From Polaromonas sp. (lineage in GTDB: Bacteria > Pseudomonadota > Gammaproteobacteria > Burkholderiales > Burkholderiaceae_C): DNA of 28,129 nucleotides. The notes below the pieces were generated by a model. It was given only the letters and a program-made list of their open reading frames with translations, was not told where the DNA came from and searched no databases. Shown here one piece after another: positions 1 through 8,776 of this stretch (its first letter is position 1; each line of letters begins with the position of its first letter). The position numbers and the translations under genes are program-made. Where the stretch lies: NCBI GenBank assembly GCA_044350025.1, contig JBILIK010000109.1, positions 1-28,129 on the forward strand. The letters are read 5' to 3'.

Positions 1-794
1 TCGGGGCGGCCGATGATTTCGTAGCTGGCGCTCTTTCTGCGAATGTCTTCATTGGCAGGAATGGTGGACAACACCGGGATGCCCACTTTGGTGGCAAAGG
101 CAGCGGCTTCGCCGGTGCCGTCGTCACGGTTAATCACCATGCCGGCCACACCCACATTGCCGCCCAGCTTGCGGAAGTATTCCACCGCAGAGCACACGTT
201 GTTGGCCACATACAGTGACTGCAAGTCGTTGCTGGCCACCACTATCACTTTTTGGCACATGTCGCGGGCAATCGGCAGGCCAAAGCCTCCGCACACCACG
301 TCGCCCAGGAAGTCGAGCAGTACGTAATCAAAACCCCACTCATGAAAGCCGAGTTTTTCTAGCAACTCAAAACCGTGAATGATGCCGCGGCCACCACAAC
401 CACGACCGACTTCAGGGCCGCCCAATTCCATGGCGTAAACGCCGTCGCGCTTGAAGCAGACATCGCCAATGGCAACGGCTTCACCAGCTAATTTTTTCTT
501 CGAAGAAGTTTCAATGATGGTGGGGCATGCACGGCCGCCAAACAACAAACTGGTGGTGTCACTTTTCGGGTCGCATCCGATCAATAAAACCTTTTTGCCC
601 TGCTGCGCCATCATGTAGCTCAGGTTGGCGAGCGTGAAGCTTTTACCAATGCCGCCTTTGCCATAGATGGCGATGATTTGCGTTTCTTTGGTCGGCTCTT
701 TGGTGATCACCGGCTCGGGGGGCATGGCTGCCTCATGACGAAGTCGATCCACGAATTGAATCGTTTTTTCGTTGCCAGAAGTTTGTGTGTTCAT
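1..794 (-). CDS. bchX: Chlorophyllide a reductase iron-protein subunit BchX (N-terminal ~264 codons; C-terminus runs off the left window edge)
   Basis: My own minus-strand translation from the ATG at 794 (ATGA overlap with the bchC stop) reads MNTQTSGNEKTIQF...IIAIYGKGGIGKSFTLANLSYMMAQQGKKVLLIGCDPKSDTT...GGPEVGRGCGGRG...VVCGGFG. These are the NifH/BchL/BchX P-loop and Cys motifs. The gene sits directly downstream of bchC, as in crtEF-bchCXYZ operons. Confidence 0.85.
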   Translation of the reverse strand, partial: MNTQTSGNEKTIQFVDRLRHEAAMPPEPVITKEPTKETQIIAIYGKGGIGKSFTLANLSYMMAQQGKKVLLIGCDPKSDTTSLLFGGRACPTIIETSSKKKLAGEAVAIGDVCFKRDGVYAMELGGPEVGRGCGGRGIIHGFELLEKLGFHEWGFDYVLLDFLGDVVCGGFGLPIARDMCQKVIVVASNDLQSLYVANNVCSAVEYFRKLGGNVGVAGMVINRDDGTGEAAAFATKVGIPVLSTIPANEDIRRKSASYEIIGRP

Positions 795-1741
795 GCGTGC
801 GCACTCCAGTCCAGTACCATCTTGAGACAAGAAATATCACCGAATGCTGTCTCGTAGGCAGCGGTGGCAGATTCAAAGTTTTGAGCGTGTGTGATCAAAC
901 CTTTGAGAGAAAGCCGTCCGTTATTGACCAACTGATTGACAGCCAATAAATCAGGGCGCTTCCATTCGGAGGCAATGCGCAGCCGAACTTCGCGCATGAA
1001 GGCCGGGGCATAAGTGAACTGCAGCATTTGCGGGTAAGAGCCCGCCAGCACCACTTCACCGCCGGGACGAATTCTTTCAATCAGTTGATCCAGAATTGAA
1101 GCGTCACCGCTCACGTCGTAGACGGCCTGGTAGTCGAGGCGTGTATCTTCTTGTGGCCTGATCACTGTGTAGCCATCGCCGCCATGCATCAGCCCGGCTT
1201 GCGTTTCCCAAACAGTCGGTGCTGCGCAACCAGCGGCAACAGTGAGCCGGGCCAGCAAGCGTCCCATGACGCCGTGGCCAATGATGAGGTCCGGTGGAGT
1301 GAAGGGCTTTTGCTGACCGCCACCAGAGACAGCGTGGTAGGCCGTGGCAGCCAAGGCCAGCAAAACGGCGTCAGGGCCGAGCTCATGGGAAACCGGCAAT
1401 ATCGCTTGGTCAGACACCACCAAGCGAGAAGCAGCGCCGCCATACAGACTGCGTACACCTGTAAAGCAATTGGCACCTGGTACAAAAACCGCTTGGCCCT
1501 CTTTGAGCTTGCTGCCAGCTGCGGCTTTTACAACCAGCCCTGCGGATTCGTAACCGGGCACCAGGGGGTACATGCCTTGCAAGGTCTGGCTGCTGCCATC
1601 CCACAGCATGCGCTCAGTGCCAGTGCTGATACCGCTGAATTGAACAGCCACTTCGACTTGACCGTACTGCAGCTGCGGCAGCTCTAGCGCCTGCAGAGAC
1701 ATGTGTCCGGGGTCGTCAAAAACGACAGCTGTTGATTTCAT
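791..1741 (-). CDS. bchC: 3-hydroxyethyl bacteriochlorophyllide a dehydrogenase BchC (operon copy)
   Basis: 316 aa ORF of the MDR-type dehydrogenase family with FSGISTGTERMLW...YPLVPGYE. It lies between crtF and bchX. PpsR-type palindromes are immediately upstream. Confidence 0.85.
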   Translation of the reverse strand: MKSTAVVFDDPGHMSLQALELPQLQYGQVEVAVQFSGISTGTERMLWDGSSQTLQGMYPLVPGYESAGLVVKAAAGSKLKEGQAVFVPGANCFTGVRSLYGGAASRLVVSDQAILPVSHELGPDAVLLALAATAYHAVSGGGQQKPFTPPDLIIGHGVMGRLLARLTVAAGCAAPTVWETQAGLMHGGDGYTVIRPQEDTRLDYQAVYDVSGDASILDQLIERIRPGGEVVLAGSYPQMLQFTYAPAFMREVRLRIASEWKRPDLLAVNQLVNNGRLSLKGLITHAQNFESATAAYETAFGDISCLKMVLDWSAHA

Positions 1742-1744
1742 GGT

Positions 1745-1788
1745 TGTATTCTTAAGCTTACACAGAAAAGTGTCAAATTAGATTTACA
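1745..1788. promoter_or_regulatory. Tandem PpsR/CrtJ-type operators (two TGT-N12-ACA palindromes 8 bp apart) upstream of bchC
   Basis: TGTATTCTTAAGCTTACA (1745-1762) and TGTCAAATTAGATTTACA (1771-1788) lie in the 73 bp crtF-bchC spacer. The arrangement matches the classical bchC promoter operator layout. Confidence 0.6.
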
Positions 1789-1814
1789 TTATTTCTTTAA
1801 ACCTAGGGTAATCA

Positions 1815-2990
1815 CTAGGATTTCAGCCCCAAAAGCAGCTGGGCATGGATAGGCATGGTGTTGTTCACACGCTGTACATCCGCAAAACCGGCCTGGGTCA
1901 TCAGTCGCATCAACTCTTCCGGCGTTCTCAGGCGGCCGGCGCCCATGGCCAGCAGATAAAAATGAAAGTACGCGTCTGTTTGCGTTGCGCCGGGATTGAA
2001 CTCAGAGCGGGTTTGCGCCATCGGCTCGGCCAAAAGCAGTACGCCGCCGGCAGGGAGTGCTGCGTGAATTTTTTGCAACAGCTGCTTGACGACCTCGTCC
2101 GGGTGGTCGTGGGCTACGCGCACCAAGGTCACTAAGTCGGCGCCTTGCGGCAAGTCATCATGTAAAAAATTGCCGGGGTACAGGCTTGCTCTGTCGCCCA
2201 AACCTTTGGACTTGAAATTGGCGCCGGCCAGCTCCAACACCGGCGGCAAATCAAAAAGTTTTAACTGCAAGTGCGGCGCATGCACAGCCAGTTCGCTGGT
2301 GAAGCGCCCCTTGCCGGCACCCACGTCCAATACGCATCGGTGGCCTGCGAATGAATAGGACGACAAGATCTCTTGAACCACAAAGCCTTGGGATGCAGCC
2401 ATCAAATCCGAATAGCGCTGGAATTTTTCACTTGCCACACGCTCAGCTGCTTGAGCGTCATGGGCATATGGCCAGTACTCAGCCATGCCACCTTGCCAGG
2501 CATTCTGCAAAAAACCGAGAGGGTCTTGCATATCGCAATAGAGCAAATGGTTGTGCTCAATCATGGCGCCAATGCCCTCGTGCACCGCCAAAGGAACACC
2601 CAGCGGCCCCAGGCCGAAACGCGAGTTGCTGCGGCACTCCAACAGGCCCAGAGAAACGGCAGACAAGAGCAAGCGCTGCAAGACCGGCTCAGGCACTTTC
2701 ACGCGCTGTGCAATTTGCTGTAAATCAGCCGGCGCCTGGTGCAGCTGCTTAAACAAATCCAAGCGCAAACATCCCAACATGACCTGGGTGTAGACAAAGC
2801 CGGACATCAGGTCGAAAAGTTTTTGCGTACGCCTGCGCACAACCCAGCGCGTCAAGGGGTTCTTCAAAGACCACTGGTACAAGGAGGGGCTGGCGTACAA
2901 ACGCTCCAGACGTTGTAATAAACGGTCACGCCAGGAAGTAACTTCCCGGAAGGCATAGGGGACGCTGGTGAGATCCATGGGCTGTGTCAT
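1815..2990 (-). CDS. crtF: Carotenoid O-methyltransferase CrtF (demethylspheroidene/hydroxyneurosporene O-methyltransferase)
   Basis: 391 aa family-2 O-methyltransferase with SAM motif LDVGAGKGRF. It sits between crtE and bchC (crtEF-bchCX order). Confidence 0.75.
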   Translation of the reverse strand: MTQPMDLTSVPYAFREVTSWRDRLLQRLERLYASPSLYQWSLKNPLTRWVVRRRTQKLFDLMSGFVYTQVMLGCLRLDLFKQLHQAPADLQQIAQRVKVPEPVLQRLLLSAVSLGLLECRSNSRFGLGPLGVPLAVHEGIGAMIEHNHLLYCDMQDPLGFLQNAWQGGMAEYWPYAHDAQAAERVASEKFQRYSDLMAASQGFVVQEILSSYSFAGHRCVLDVGAGKGRFTSELAVHAPHLQLKLFDLPPVLELAGANFKSKGLGDRASLYPGNFLHDDLPQGADLVTLVRVAHDHPDEVVKQLLQKIHAALPAGGVLLLAEPMAQTRSEFNPGATQTDAYFHFYLLAMGAGRLRTPEELMRLMTQAGFADVQRVNNTMPIHAQLLLGLKS

Positions 2991-3006
2991 TGCTGGCTTT
3001 GGAGGC

Positions 3007-3936
3007 TTAGCGCGCTGCAGCTGAACGCGTTGCCGGGGCTTTGACCGGCAGCACAGCAGTTGTTGGTTTGCGATAGCCCTCGCACATGGATTTGGGCACC
3101 AGGCGCTCAGACTCCATCAGCACCAATTGCCCCAGCATGTCCCGGTGCGTGCAATCAGGAATGGCGTCACCGGCTTGCTTGATCAGCGCGTCAAAGTGAG
3201 CGATCGCGCCCTCCAGACCCATCGCTTGCGCAGAGCTGGGCCGGTCGTTGAGCGTGTCCTGACCAACGGGTTTGCCCAAACTGGCAACGTCACCCAGCAC
3301 ATCACGAATGTCATCAGCCACCTGATAAGCCTCGCCCAGAAACGCGCCCAAGGGCGCCCAGGGCTCGCAGGCGCGACCGCTGGCAATAGCACCCGCACAG
3401 GTTGCCGAAACAAACAAAGCACCGGTTTTAGAACGCTGGTATTGCGCCAGATCAGCAGCTGTTTCGCACTCCCAGGCTTGGCCCGCCACAATGCCAGCGG
3501 GCAGACCTACGCCGCGCGATAGGTTGTCCATCAACATGATCAGACGTTCGGGGTGCTGGCGACCCGCCTGCAACAGAACCTGGTATGCCATGACGATCAA
3601 ACCGTCGCCGGACAGCAAGGCCAAGGGCTCGCTAAAGGCTTTGTGAACGGTGGGGCGGCCACGGCGGACATCGGCGTTGTCGAACGTGGGCATGTCATCG
3701 TGCACCAGGGAAGCGCAGTGCATGAGCTCCAGAGCCACCGCGGCCGCATTCGTGAGCTCCGGTGCATCGTCGCCGCAGGCAGTGGCCACTGCCATGCACA
3801 GCTGGGGGCGGATTCTGGCCCCGCCGGAAAACACGGCGTGTTGCATGGCAGCCTGCAAGCGGGGCGGAGCTCCCACACCGGCGGCGGTTTGAAAGTGTGA
3901 CTGCAGCGCCGCTTCGGCTCGCTTCAAAAGACTCAT
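3007..3936 (-). CDS. crtE: Geranylgeranyl diphosphate synthase CrtE
   Basis: Polyprenyl synthase aspartate-rich motifs LVHDDMPTFD and QVADDIRD. The ORF opens at a TTG (3966), but the ATG at 3936 (MSLLKR...) follows a GGGGGG Shine-Dalgarno-like run and is the likelier start. Confidence 0.8.
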   Translation of the reverse strand: MSLLKRAEAALQSHFQTAAGVGAPPRLQAAMQHAVFSGGARIRPQLCMAVATACGDDAPELTNAAAVALELMHCASLVHDDMPTFDNADVRRGRPTVHKAFSEPLALLSGDGLIVMAYQVLLQAGRQHPERLIMLMDNLSRGVGLPAGIVAGQAWECETAADLAQYQRSKTGALFVSATCAGAIASGRACEPWAPLGAFLGEAYQVADDIRDVLGDVASLGKPVGQDTLNDRPSSAQAMGLEGAIAHFDALIKQAGDAIPDCTHRDMLGQLVLMESERLVPKSMCEGYRKPTTAVLPVKAPATRSAAAR

Positions 3937-3986
3937 AACACCCCCCTTTTTTGAGGAATCCGTCAAGTAAAAATGACGAACCTGAG

Positions 3987-4030
3987 TGTCAATATATCAT
4001 CACACAAAACAATGTCAATATGGATTGACA
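3987..4030. promoter_or_regulatory. Tandem PpsR/CrtJ-type operators upstream of crtE
   Basis: TGTCAATATATCATCACA (3987-4004) and TGTCAATATGGATTGACA (4013-4030) are both TGT-N12-ACA and lie 8 bp apart. Confidence 0.6.
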
Positions 4031-4178
4031 CCTGCGGGCGGCCCGCCCGCCTCAGTCGCTCAGAGACTCAAACACAGGACGCAACAAGCCCTGGCGCCCA
4101 TGTGCCGGCCAAAGCACTGTGCCCCGCATAAGCCCCAAAGGGCTGCGGCAGGCCTTTGTACCGAACCACCAGGGCAGA

Positions 4179-5174
4179 TTATTGAGAGCTGAGTAGCTTG
4201 GCGTCCAAAAACTCGGTGACCTTCGCCAGACCGATGTCAGCATGCTCTTCGTGCAACAGATGCCCCAGCTTGGGAATGAACACGGTTTGAGACTGCGCTA
4301 ATACCCCCGCATAGCTTGCCGCATTGCTGCTGGGAATCATTTTGTCCGCCTCCCCCCACAGGAGCAAAGTGGGCGCCTTGATTTGTTTTAAGCGGGGCAC
4401 CGGGTCCGTGTAAATGGTTTGATTGGCTCTTTCCAAAATAGCCCCCCGAACGCCTGGCGCCCTGAGCATGTCGTGGTAGCGACTGACCATCTTGTCATCC
4501 AGCGCGCTCGGATCTGCAAAAGCAGGCTCAATGGATTTGCGAACAAAGTACCTGGGCAGAGAAAACTTCATCACGCCCATGATGGCCGGCATGGCGTAGG
4601 GTTTGGTGCCGATGGCCTCTGGCTGCGGGAATCCATCCGGCGCCATCAAGACCAAAGCCTTCACCCGGTCAGGGTGCGCAGCCGCAAAAGTCCAGGCTAT
4701 TTTTCCACCCATCGAATGGCCGATGACGGACAAGTCCGAGATACCCAGCTTGTCGACAAACTGCGTCAATGTGTTGACGTCATTGAGCTCTGAATAATCA
4801 TGAGAAGGGCTAGGGCCTGTCAATCCAAAGCCAGGCAAATCAAGCCTAATCACGCGGTACTTTTTTTCCAAAGTACCCGCCCAGACATCCCAGGTTTGCA
4901 GACTCGAGCCAAAGCCATGCAAGAGCAAAAGCACAGGCGCATTTTGAGGGCCCGTGTCCTTGTAGTGAATACGCATTCCGTCGACATTCACCACATTGCT
5001 TGCGGTCGAGTCGTAACGCTTTTGAAGCTCGCCCATGCTCAGATCAGGCGCCCATAAACCATAGGCAGCGAGCGCTAACAAAACTGTACTGATTAACAAG
5101 ATAGCACTCAGACTCATTGATTTATACAGACGCATAAGAGACTTGCAACCCTCAAATTCTTTTTCATTATGCAT
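4179..5174 (-). CDS. Membrane-anchored alpha/beta-fold hydrolase
   Basis: 331 aa. It has an N-terminal hydrophobic segment (LSAILLISTVLLALAAYGLW), an HG oxyanion motif (LLLHGFGSS) and a nucleophile elbow (GHSMGG). Start is uncertain; internal Met codons are possible. Confidence 0.7.
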   Translation of the reverse strand: MHNEKEFEGCKSLMRLYKSMSLSAILLISTVLLALAAYGLWAPDLSMGELQKRYDSTASNVVNVDGMRIHYKDTGPQNAPVLLLLHGFGSSLQTWDVWAGTLEKKYRVIRLDLPGFGLTGPSPSHDYSELNDVNTLTQFVDKLGISDLSVIGHSMGGKIAWTFAAAHPDRVKALVLMAPDGFPQPEAIGTKPYAMPAIMGVMKFSLPRYFVRKSIEPAFADPSALDDKMVSRYHDMLRAPGVRGAILERANQTIYTDPVPRLKQIKAPTLLLWGEADKMIPSSNAASYAGVLAQSQTVFIPKLGHLLHEEHADIGLAKVTEFLDAKLLSSQ

Positions 5175-5299
5175 ACCTTAATTGCGCTGGATGGAGGCGC
5201 TTTGCACTGGAAAAAGATGTATTGCTGATTGTCATGCGCATGGCTTCAGACTGGTTTGAACTTTGACCGGCGCTGTCCGACTGAGTCAGAATAAGCAGC

Positions 5300-6247
5300 A
5301 TGAAAGCCAAAGCCATCGTTTTTGAAGCCCCCCATTCACTGTCTGTTCGTGAACTCGAACTTGCCCCCATGGGGCCCCGCGATTTAGAGATCACAGTTGC
5401 CTTCAGTGGCATCAGCACCGGCACAGAGCGCCTGCTCTGGGAGGGCAGCATGCCGCCCTTCCCCGGCCTGTCCTACCCCCTGGTGCCTGGTTATGAAACC
5501 GTAGGCACCATCGCCAAGATGGGCGCAGAAGTCACTGGCTGGGCGGTTGGCGACACGGTTTTTTTACCGGGCTCCTACGCCTTTCAAGGCGTGCAAAACA
5601 TATTCGGCGGCTCTGGCGAGCGTCTGGTGGTGCCGCATGAGCGGGCCGTCAAACTGGACCCGGCTTTGGGTGCCAAGGGGGTGCTGCTGGCCCTGGCGGC
5701 CACGGCCCATCATGTGTTCACGGTGGGTCGGGACAATTTACCCTTGGCCTACCCGGACTTGATCATCGGTCACGGCATCATGGGCCGATTGTTGGCGCGC
5801 ATGGTGATTGCCGCTGGCAAGCCGGCGCCTGTGGTGTGGGAAACGCAGGCCATTCGCCAAAAGGGCGCTTTGGGCTATGAGGTCATTCACCCCGACCAAG
5901 ATATGCGCAAAGACTACCGCTGCATTTGCGACGTCAGTGGCGACTCGGGTATTTTGAACCGGGTCATTCCCAAAATGGCAGCCGGTGGTGCGGTCGTATT
6001 GGCTGGCTTTTATAAACAGGATTTGTCCTTTGCTTATGCCCCGGCCTTCATGCGCGAAGCCAGTATCCGCGTGGCAGCGCAATGGAAAAAACATGATCTG
6101 GATGCTGTGGTGGCCATGTTTCATGACGGCAGCCTTCCGCTCGAAGGCCTCATCACACACACCGAAAAAGCAGAGCATGCGCAACGCGCTTACGAGATTG
6201 CCTTTGGTGACCCGGAGTGCCTCAAAATGATTGTTGAGTGGCTTTAA
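5300..6247 (+). CDS. bchC: Second BchC-family dehydrogenase (paralog of 791-1741)
   Basis: 315 aa, colinear with the other copy at roughly half identity by eye. It carries FSGISTGTERLLWEGSMPPFPGLSYPLVPGYE and ends in GDPECLKMIVEW. Confidence 0.7.
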   Translation: MKAKAIVFEAPHSLSVRELELAPMGPRDLEITVAFSGISTGTERLLWEGSMPPFPGLSYPLVPGYETVGTIAKMGAEVTGWAVGDTVFLPGSYAFQGVQNIFGGSGERLVVPHERAVKLDPALGAKGVLLALAATAHHVFTVGRDNLPLAYPDLIIGHGIMGRLLARMVIAAGKPAPVVWETQAIRQKGALGYEVIHPDQDMRKDYRCICDVSGDSGILNRVIPKMAAGGAVVLAGFYKQDLSFAYAPAFMREASIRVAAQWKKHDLDAVVAMFHDGSLPLEGLITHTEKAEHAQRAYEIAFGDPECLKMIVEWL

Positions 6248-6341
6248 AAAACCAACCGAGTCACTCCTCATGATCAACGGCAAGCCATTCAAGGCCGGCA
6301 AAGCCCGGGAATCTGTTTGTAGTAAATCAGCGAGCAGCTGA

Positions 6342-7373
6342 CTAAAAGACGGCGTGATCGCCTCTGTCGGGAACGCCTTCACCCTTGACCCAGCGCTCGT
6401 AAGCATCGAACAGGGTTTGCGTGCCATGTGATGGTGTGGCCTCAGCGTCGTAGCGTTGAGCACTAGCATCCCACAAGAGCATGGACTCCGTGGCGTAATA
6501 GCGCCCGATGCGAGCCAGCTCAGCCTTGTCGGCGGCGCCAGGCACGACTTTGCCAACCCAGCTCAGGAGCGTGATGATGACGTCCAGCAGGCTCACAGGC
6601 ACGCTCTTGAAACGGGCTGGCTTGCCCATGAGCGCAAACAAATGCTCGCCCTGCTGACGCGGAGTGATCGCCGGCCCGGGACCCCCTATGGGCAAGATGC
6701 GCTTATGCCGGCTCTCGTCATCCAAACAACCGGCCAGAAAATCACCCAGATCCTCATCGCTGATGGGTTTGCAAGCGGTGAGCTTGCCGTCGCCAAACAG
6801 CAAAAAGGGTTTGCCATCTTTGACCCTTTGCAGCTGACCTGACAAAGATTTAAAAAATGCAGTGGGCCGCACGATGGAGTAGATCAGCCCGGAGTCGATC
6901 AGGGCTTTTTCAAAAGCCAATTTGGCATGCTGAAAACCCAGCAAGGGTTTTTGCACACAGATGGCCGAGAGCTGGACAAATTGACGAACCCCCGCCAGTT
7001 TGGCAGCCTGCAGCACATCCACATGCGCCTGGTGATCGACCCGCCAAGCATCTTTCGGCGTGCCGGTTCTTGAAGCCATGCAAGAGACAACTGCATCAAA
7101 TTGTTCGCCTGCAAAACCGTCATGCCGCAAAGATTGAGGGTCGCAGGCATCTCCCCAACGGATGGTGGCGCCGGCCAGTTGGGCAGATATGTCAGGATCC
7201 AGGGCATTTTTGCCTTGGCGGGGCCGCAGCAGACACACGACGTGATGGCCGCGCTTAAGCAGTGCACGCGCAGTGGCTCTGCCGATCGTGCCTGTTGCGC
7301 CCAGCAAGAGCACCCGCTGTGATGCGCCGTGCTGAAGGATCGAAGGAGGAGAAGTTGCGAGCACTTCAGTCAT
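6342..7373 (-). CDS. bciA: NAD(P)H-binding atypical SDR, probable 3,8-divinyl (proto)chlorophyllide 8-vinyl reductase (BciA/DVR type)
   Basis: It has a Rossmann motif LLLGATGTIGR. It also has motifs I associate with DVR/BciA: LSAICVQKP, YSIVRPTAFFKS, GDGKLTACKPISE, IGRYYATESML and a C-terminal GDHAVF. The ORF opens GTG-ATG, and the ATG at 7373 was taken as the start. Confidence 0.65.
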   Translation of the reverse strand: MTEVLATSPPSILQHGASQRVLLLGATGTIGRATARALLKRGHHVVCLLRPRQGKNALDPDISAQLAGATIRWGDACDPQSLRHDGFAGEQFDAVVSCMASRTGTPKDAWRVDHQAHVDVLQAAKLAGVRQFVQLSAICVQKPLLGFQHAKLAFEKALIDSGLIYSIVRPTAFFKSLSGQLQRVKDGKPFLLFGDGKLTACKPISDEDLGDFLAGCLDDESRHKRILPIGGPGPAITPRQQGEHLFALMGKPARFKSVPVSLLDVIITLLSWVGKVVPGAADKAELARIGRYYATESMLLWDASAQRYDAEATPSHGTQTLFDAYERWVKGEGVPDRGDHAVF

Positions 7374-7409
7374 CACATCATGTGCAAAGGTTCTAAAACC
7401 ATGGATGTC

Positions 7410-8063
7410 TTAATCGAGTAGATGTCCTGTCTTCACAAAGATGATGCAGCCTTCCTGACTGAAAGGTTTGTGCAGGCTCATGTGAGGACTTCTGATCCAC
7501 GATCCAGCGGGATAGCGACCGTGCTCATCTTCAAAAACGCCATCAATAACAAAAATCTCTTCTCCTCCATAGTGCCTGTGGGGGTTGAAAAAAGTTTGGG
7601 GTGCCCACCGAACCAAGGTTGAGCCACTGCCCTGTTGCATGAGTGGCATCACAGTGAGTCCCGAAACCATGCCTTGGTGCCAAGTGGCTGTACGAGTGTC
7701 AATGACTTCTCGCTCCAATTGATCTGACCCAAGATGTCGCAACTTCACGAAAAGCACGCACCCGGACTCACTAAAGGGCGCATGCGAAGAACCCGGCGGA
7801 TTCATGATGTAGGTGCCGGCGCAATAGTTGCCAGCCTCATCACTGAATGTTCCATCCAATACCAATATCTCTTCCCCAAGCTCATGAAGATGCGCCTGGA
7901 ACTTAGAACCTGGCTTGTACCGAACGATAGAAGTTGCCTTAGCCAGTTCATCGCCTTGGCGCTCAAGCATGCGCCTTTCTACCCCCGATTCGGGGCTGGC
8001 GATCCAAGGCAACTCATGGTGATTGATCACGACCCTTTGGCTGTAATCGGCGTTGATATTCAT
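7410..8063 (-). CDS. Bicupin protein with two ChrR-type (Cupin_7-like) domains and no anti-sigma zinc domain
   Basis: 217 aa with two repeats of the pattern H.H..GEE..V.DG.F.DE.G.Y.AG....P..S.H.PFS..GC..FVK. Confidence 0.7.
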   Translation of the reverse strand: MNINADYSQRVVINHHELPWIASPESGVERRMLERQGDELAKATSIVRYKPGSKFQAHLHELGEEILVLDGTFSDEAGNYCAGTYIMNPPGSSHAPFSESGCVLFVKLRHLGSDQLEREVIDTRTATWHQGMVSGLTVMPLMQQGSGSTLVRWAPQTFFNPHRHYGGEEIFVIDGVFEDEHGRYPAGSWIRSPHMSLHKPFSQEGCIIFVKTGHLLD

Positions 8064-8101
8064 GGGCCTAAGGCAAAGTGATGAGACAGTTTAAAGCAAT
8101 G

Positions 8102-8129
8102 AAAAAACCCCCGGCATTTCTGACGGGGG
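8102..8129 (-). terminator. Rho-independent terminator downstream of the (split) host tRNA
   Basis: On the minus strand this reads CCCCCG-tcagaaatgc-CGGGGG followed by TTTTTT, starting 9 nt after the tRNA CCA end. Confidence 0.6.
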
Positions 8130-8138
8130 TTTGGACGG

Positions 8139-8183
8139 TGGTGGGCCCACCAGGACTTGAACCTGGGACCAAAGGATTATGAG
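8139..8183 (-). pseudogene. 3' half (C32 to A76) of the host tRNA(CAU) gene; attL junction
   Basis: The minus strand reads CTCATAATCCTTTGGTCCCAGGTTCAAGTCCTGGTGGGCCCACCA. That covers the anticodon loop, T arm CCAGG-TTCAAGT-CCTGG, the acceptor 3' strand and an encoded CCA. It complements the 5' half at 24149-24189. Confidence 0.85.
8175..8183. repeat. att core copy GATTATGAG (left junction)
   Basis: Identical 9-mers occur at 24149-24157 (right junction) and 24127-24135 (inner copy). The left and inner copies share the extension GATTATGAGAA. Confidence 0.7.
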
Positions 8184-8239
8184 AAGTTTCAATAAAAAAA
8201 TACCATTATAAATCATAGACTTACAACATTATTTCTTTG

Positions 8240-8259
8240 GTGTGTAGCAAAGTGTGTAG
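8240..8259 (+). repeat. Pair of GTGTGTAG motifs (candidate integrase arm-type sites, attL side)
   Basis: GTGTGTAG occurs at 8240-8247 and 8252-8259. The same 8-mer in the same orientation occurs at 23658, 24064 and (as GTGTGTAA) 24053. Confidence 0.45.
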
Positions 8260-8470
8260 TGAACTAAATCGTTTTTAGTTAAAAAATAACTTCAAATTTT
8301 TCTAGTTCAATGAACTTTCACACTACAAAAAATCTCCACTCAATCGCTTGGCGGGAATGTGTCAAACATACATAAATTAATCTTAAACGACCACACCATT
8401 TGTCACTGTCATCTTCATCAAAGCCAAACTTGTCGTCAAGTCGTTGTTGTGGTTTTGTCATTGTTTATTA

Positions 8471-8776
8471 TTAATTAGACAACATTTTGCCAAAATCTGG
8501 CACTTGATGCCTTCTATCAAAAACGGCTGGTGGCTGAATTTGAATTGGCTGCTGCATCTGGTGTTGATTTTGTTGCTGTTGTCTTTGCATCGCTTCAATA
8601 TTTTGCTGATTTCTTGACCGCTCCAAGCATCGGTAATAGTTTTCCACCATCAATGACCGTGTTTCAGCACCGGCATTTGCATAATTGGAAGTCTGATTTG
8701 GTGGAGCACCGCAATTTTGAGCATTCCCCTCAGTAGTAAAAAAAATTAGTGCCGATGCAGCAATTATGAATTTCAT
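8471..8776 (-). CDS. Small secreted Gln-rich protein (unknown function)
   Basis: 101 aa with a signal-peptide-like N-terminus MKFIIAASALIFFTTEGNA and a QRQQQQNQHQMQQPIQIQ tract. Its ATG overlaps the upstream stop (ATGA). Confidence 0.5.
   Translation of the reverse strand: MKFIIAASALIFFTTEGNAQNCGAPPNQTSNYANAGAETRSLMVENYYRCLERSRNQQNIEAMQRQQQQNQHQMQQPIQIQPPAVFDRRHQVPDFGKMLSN

Noticed and set aside
43-3900. Many 60-180 aa plus-strand ORFs across bchX, bchC, crtF and crtE
   Set aside because: They are antisense to confidently identified photosynthesis genes and are high-GC frame artefacts.
4100-4170. Imperfect GC-rich hairpin (CCGCA-TAA-GCCC-CAAA-GGGC-TGCGG) downstream of the hydrolase gene as a terminator
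   Set aside because: The stem is bulged, no U-tract follows on the relevant strand, and it is too weak to call.
5738-6556. 272 aa minus-strand ORF spanning the bchC-paralog / BciA junction
   Set aside because: It overlaps two well-supported genes on both strands, has no recognisable motifs, and is a shadow ORF.
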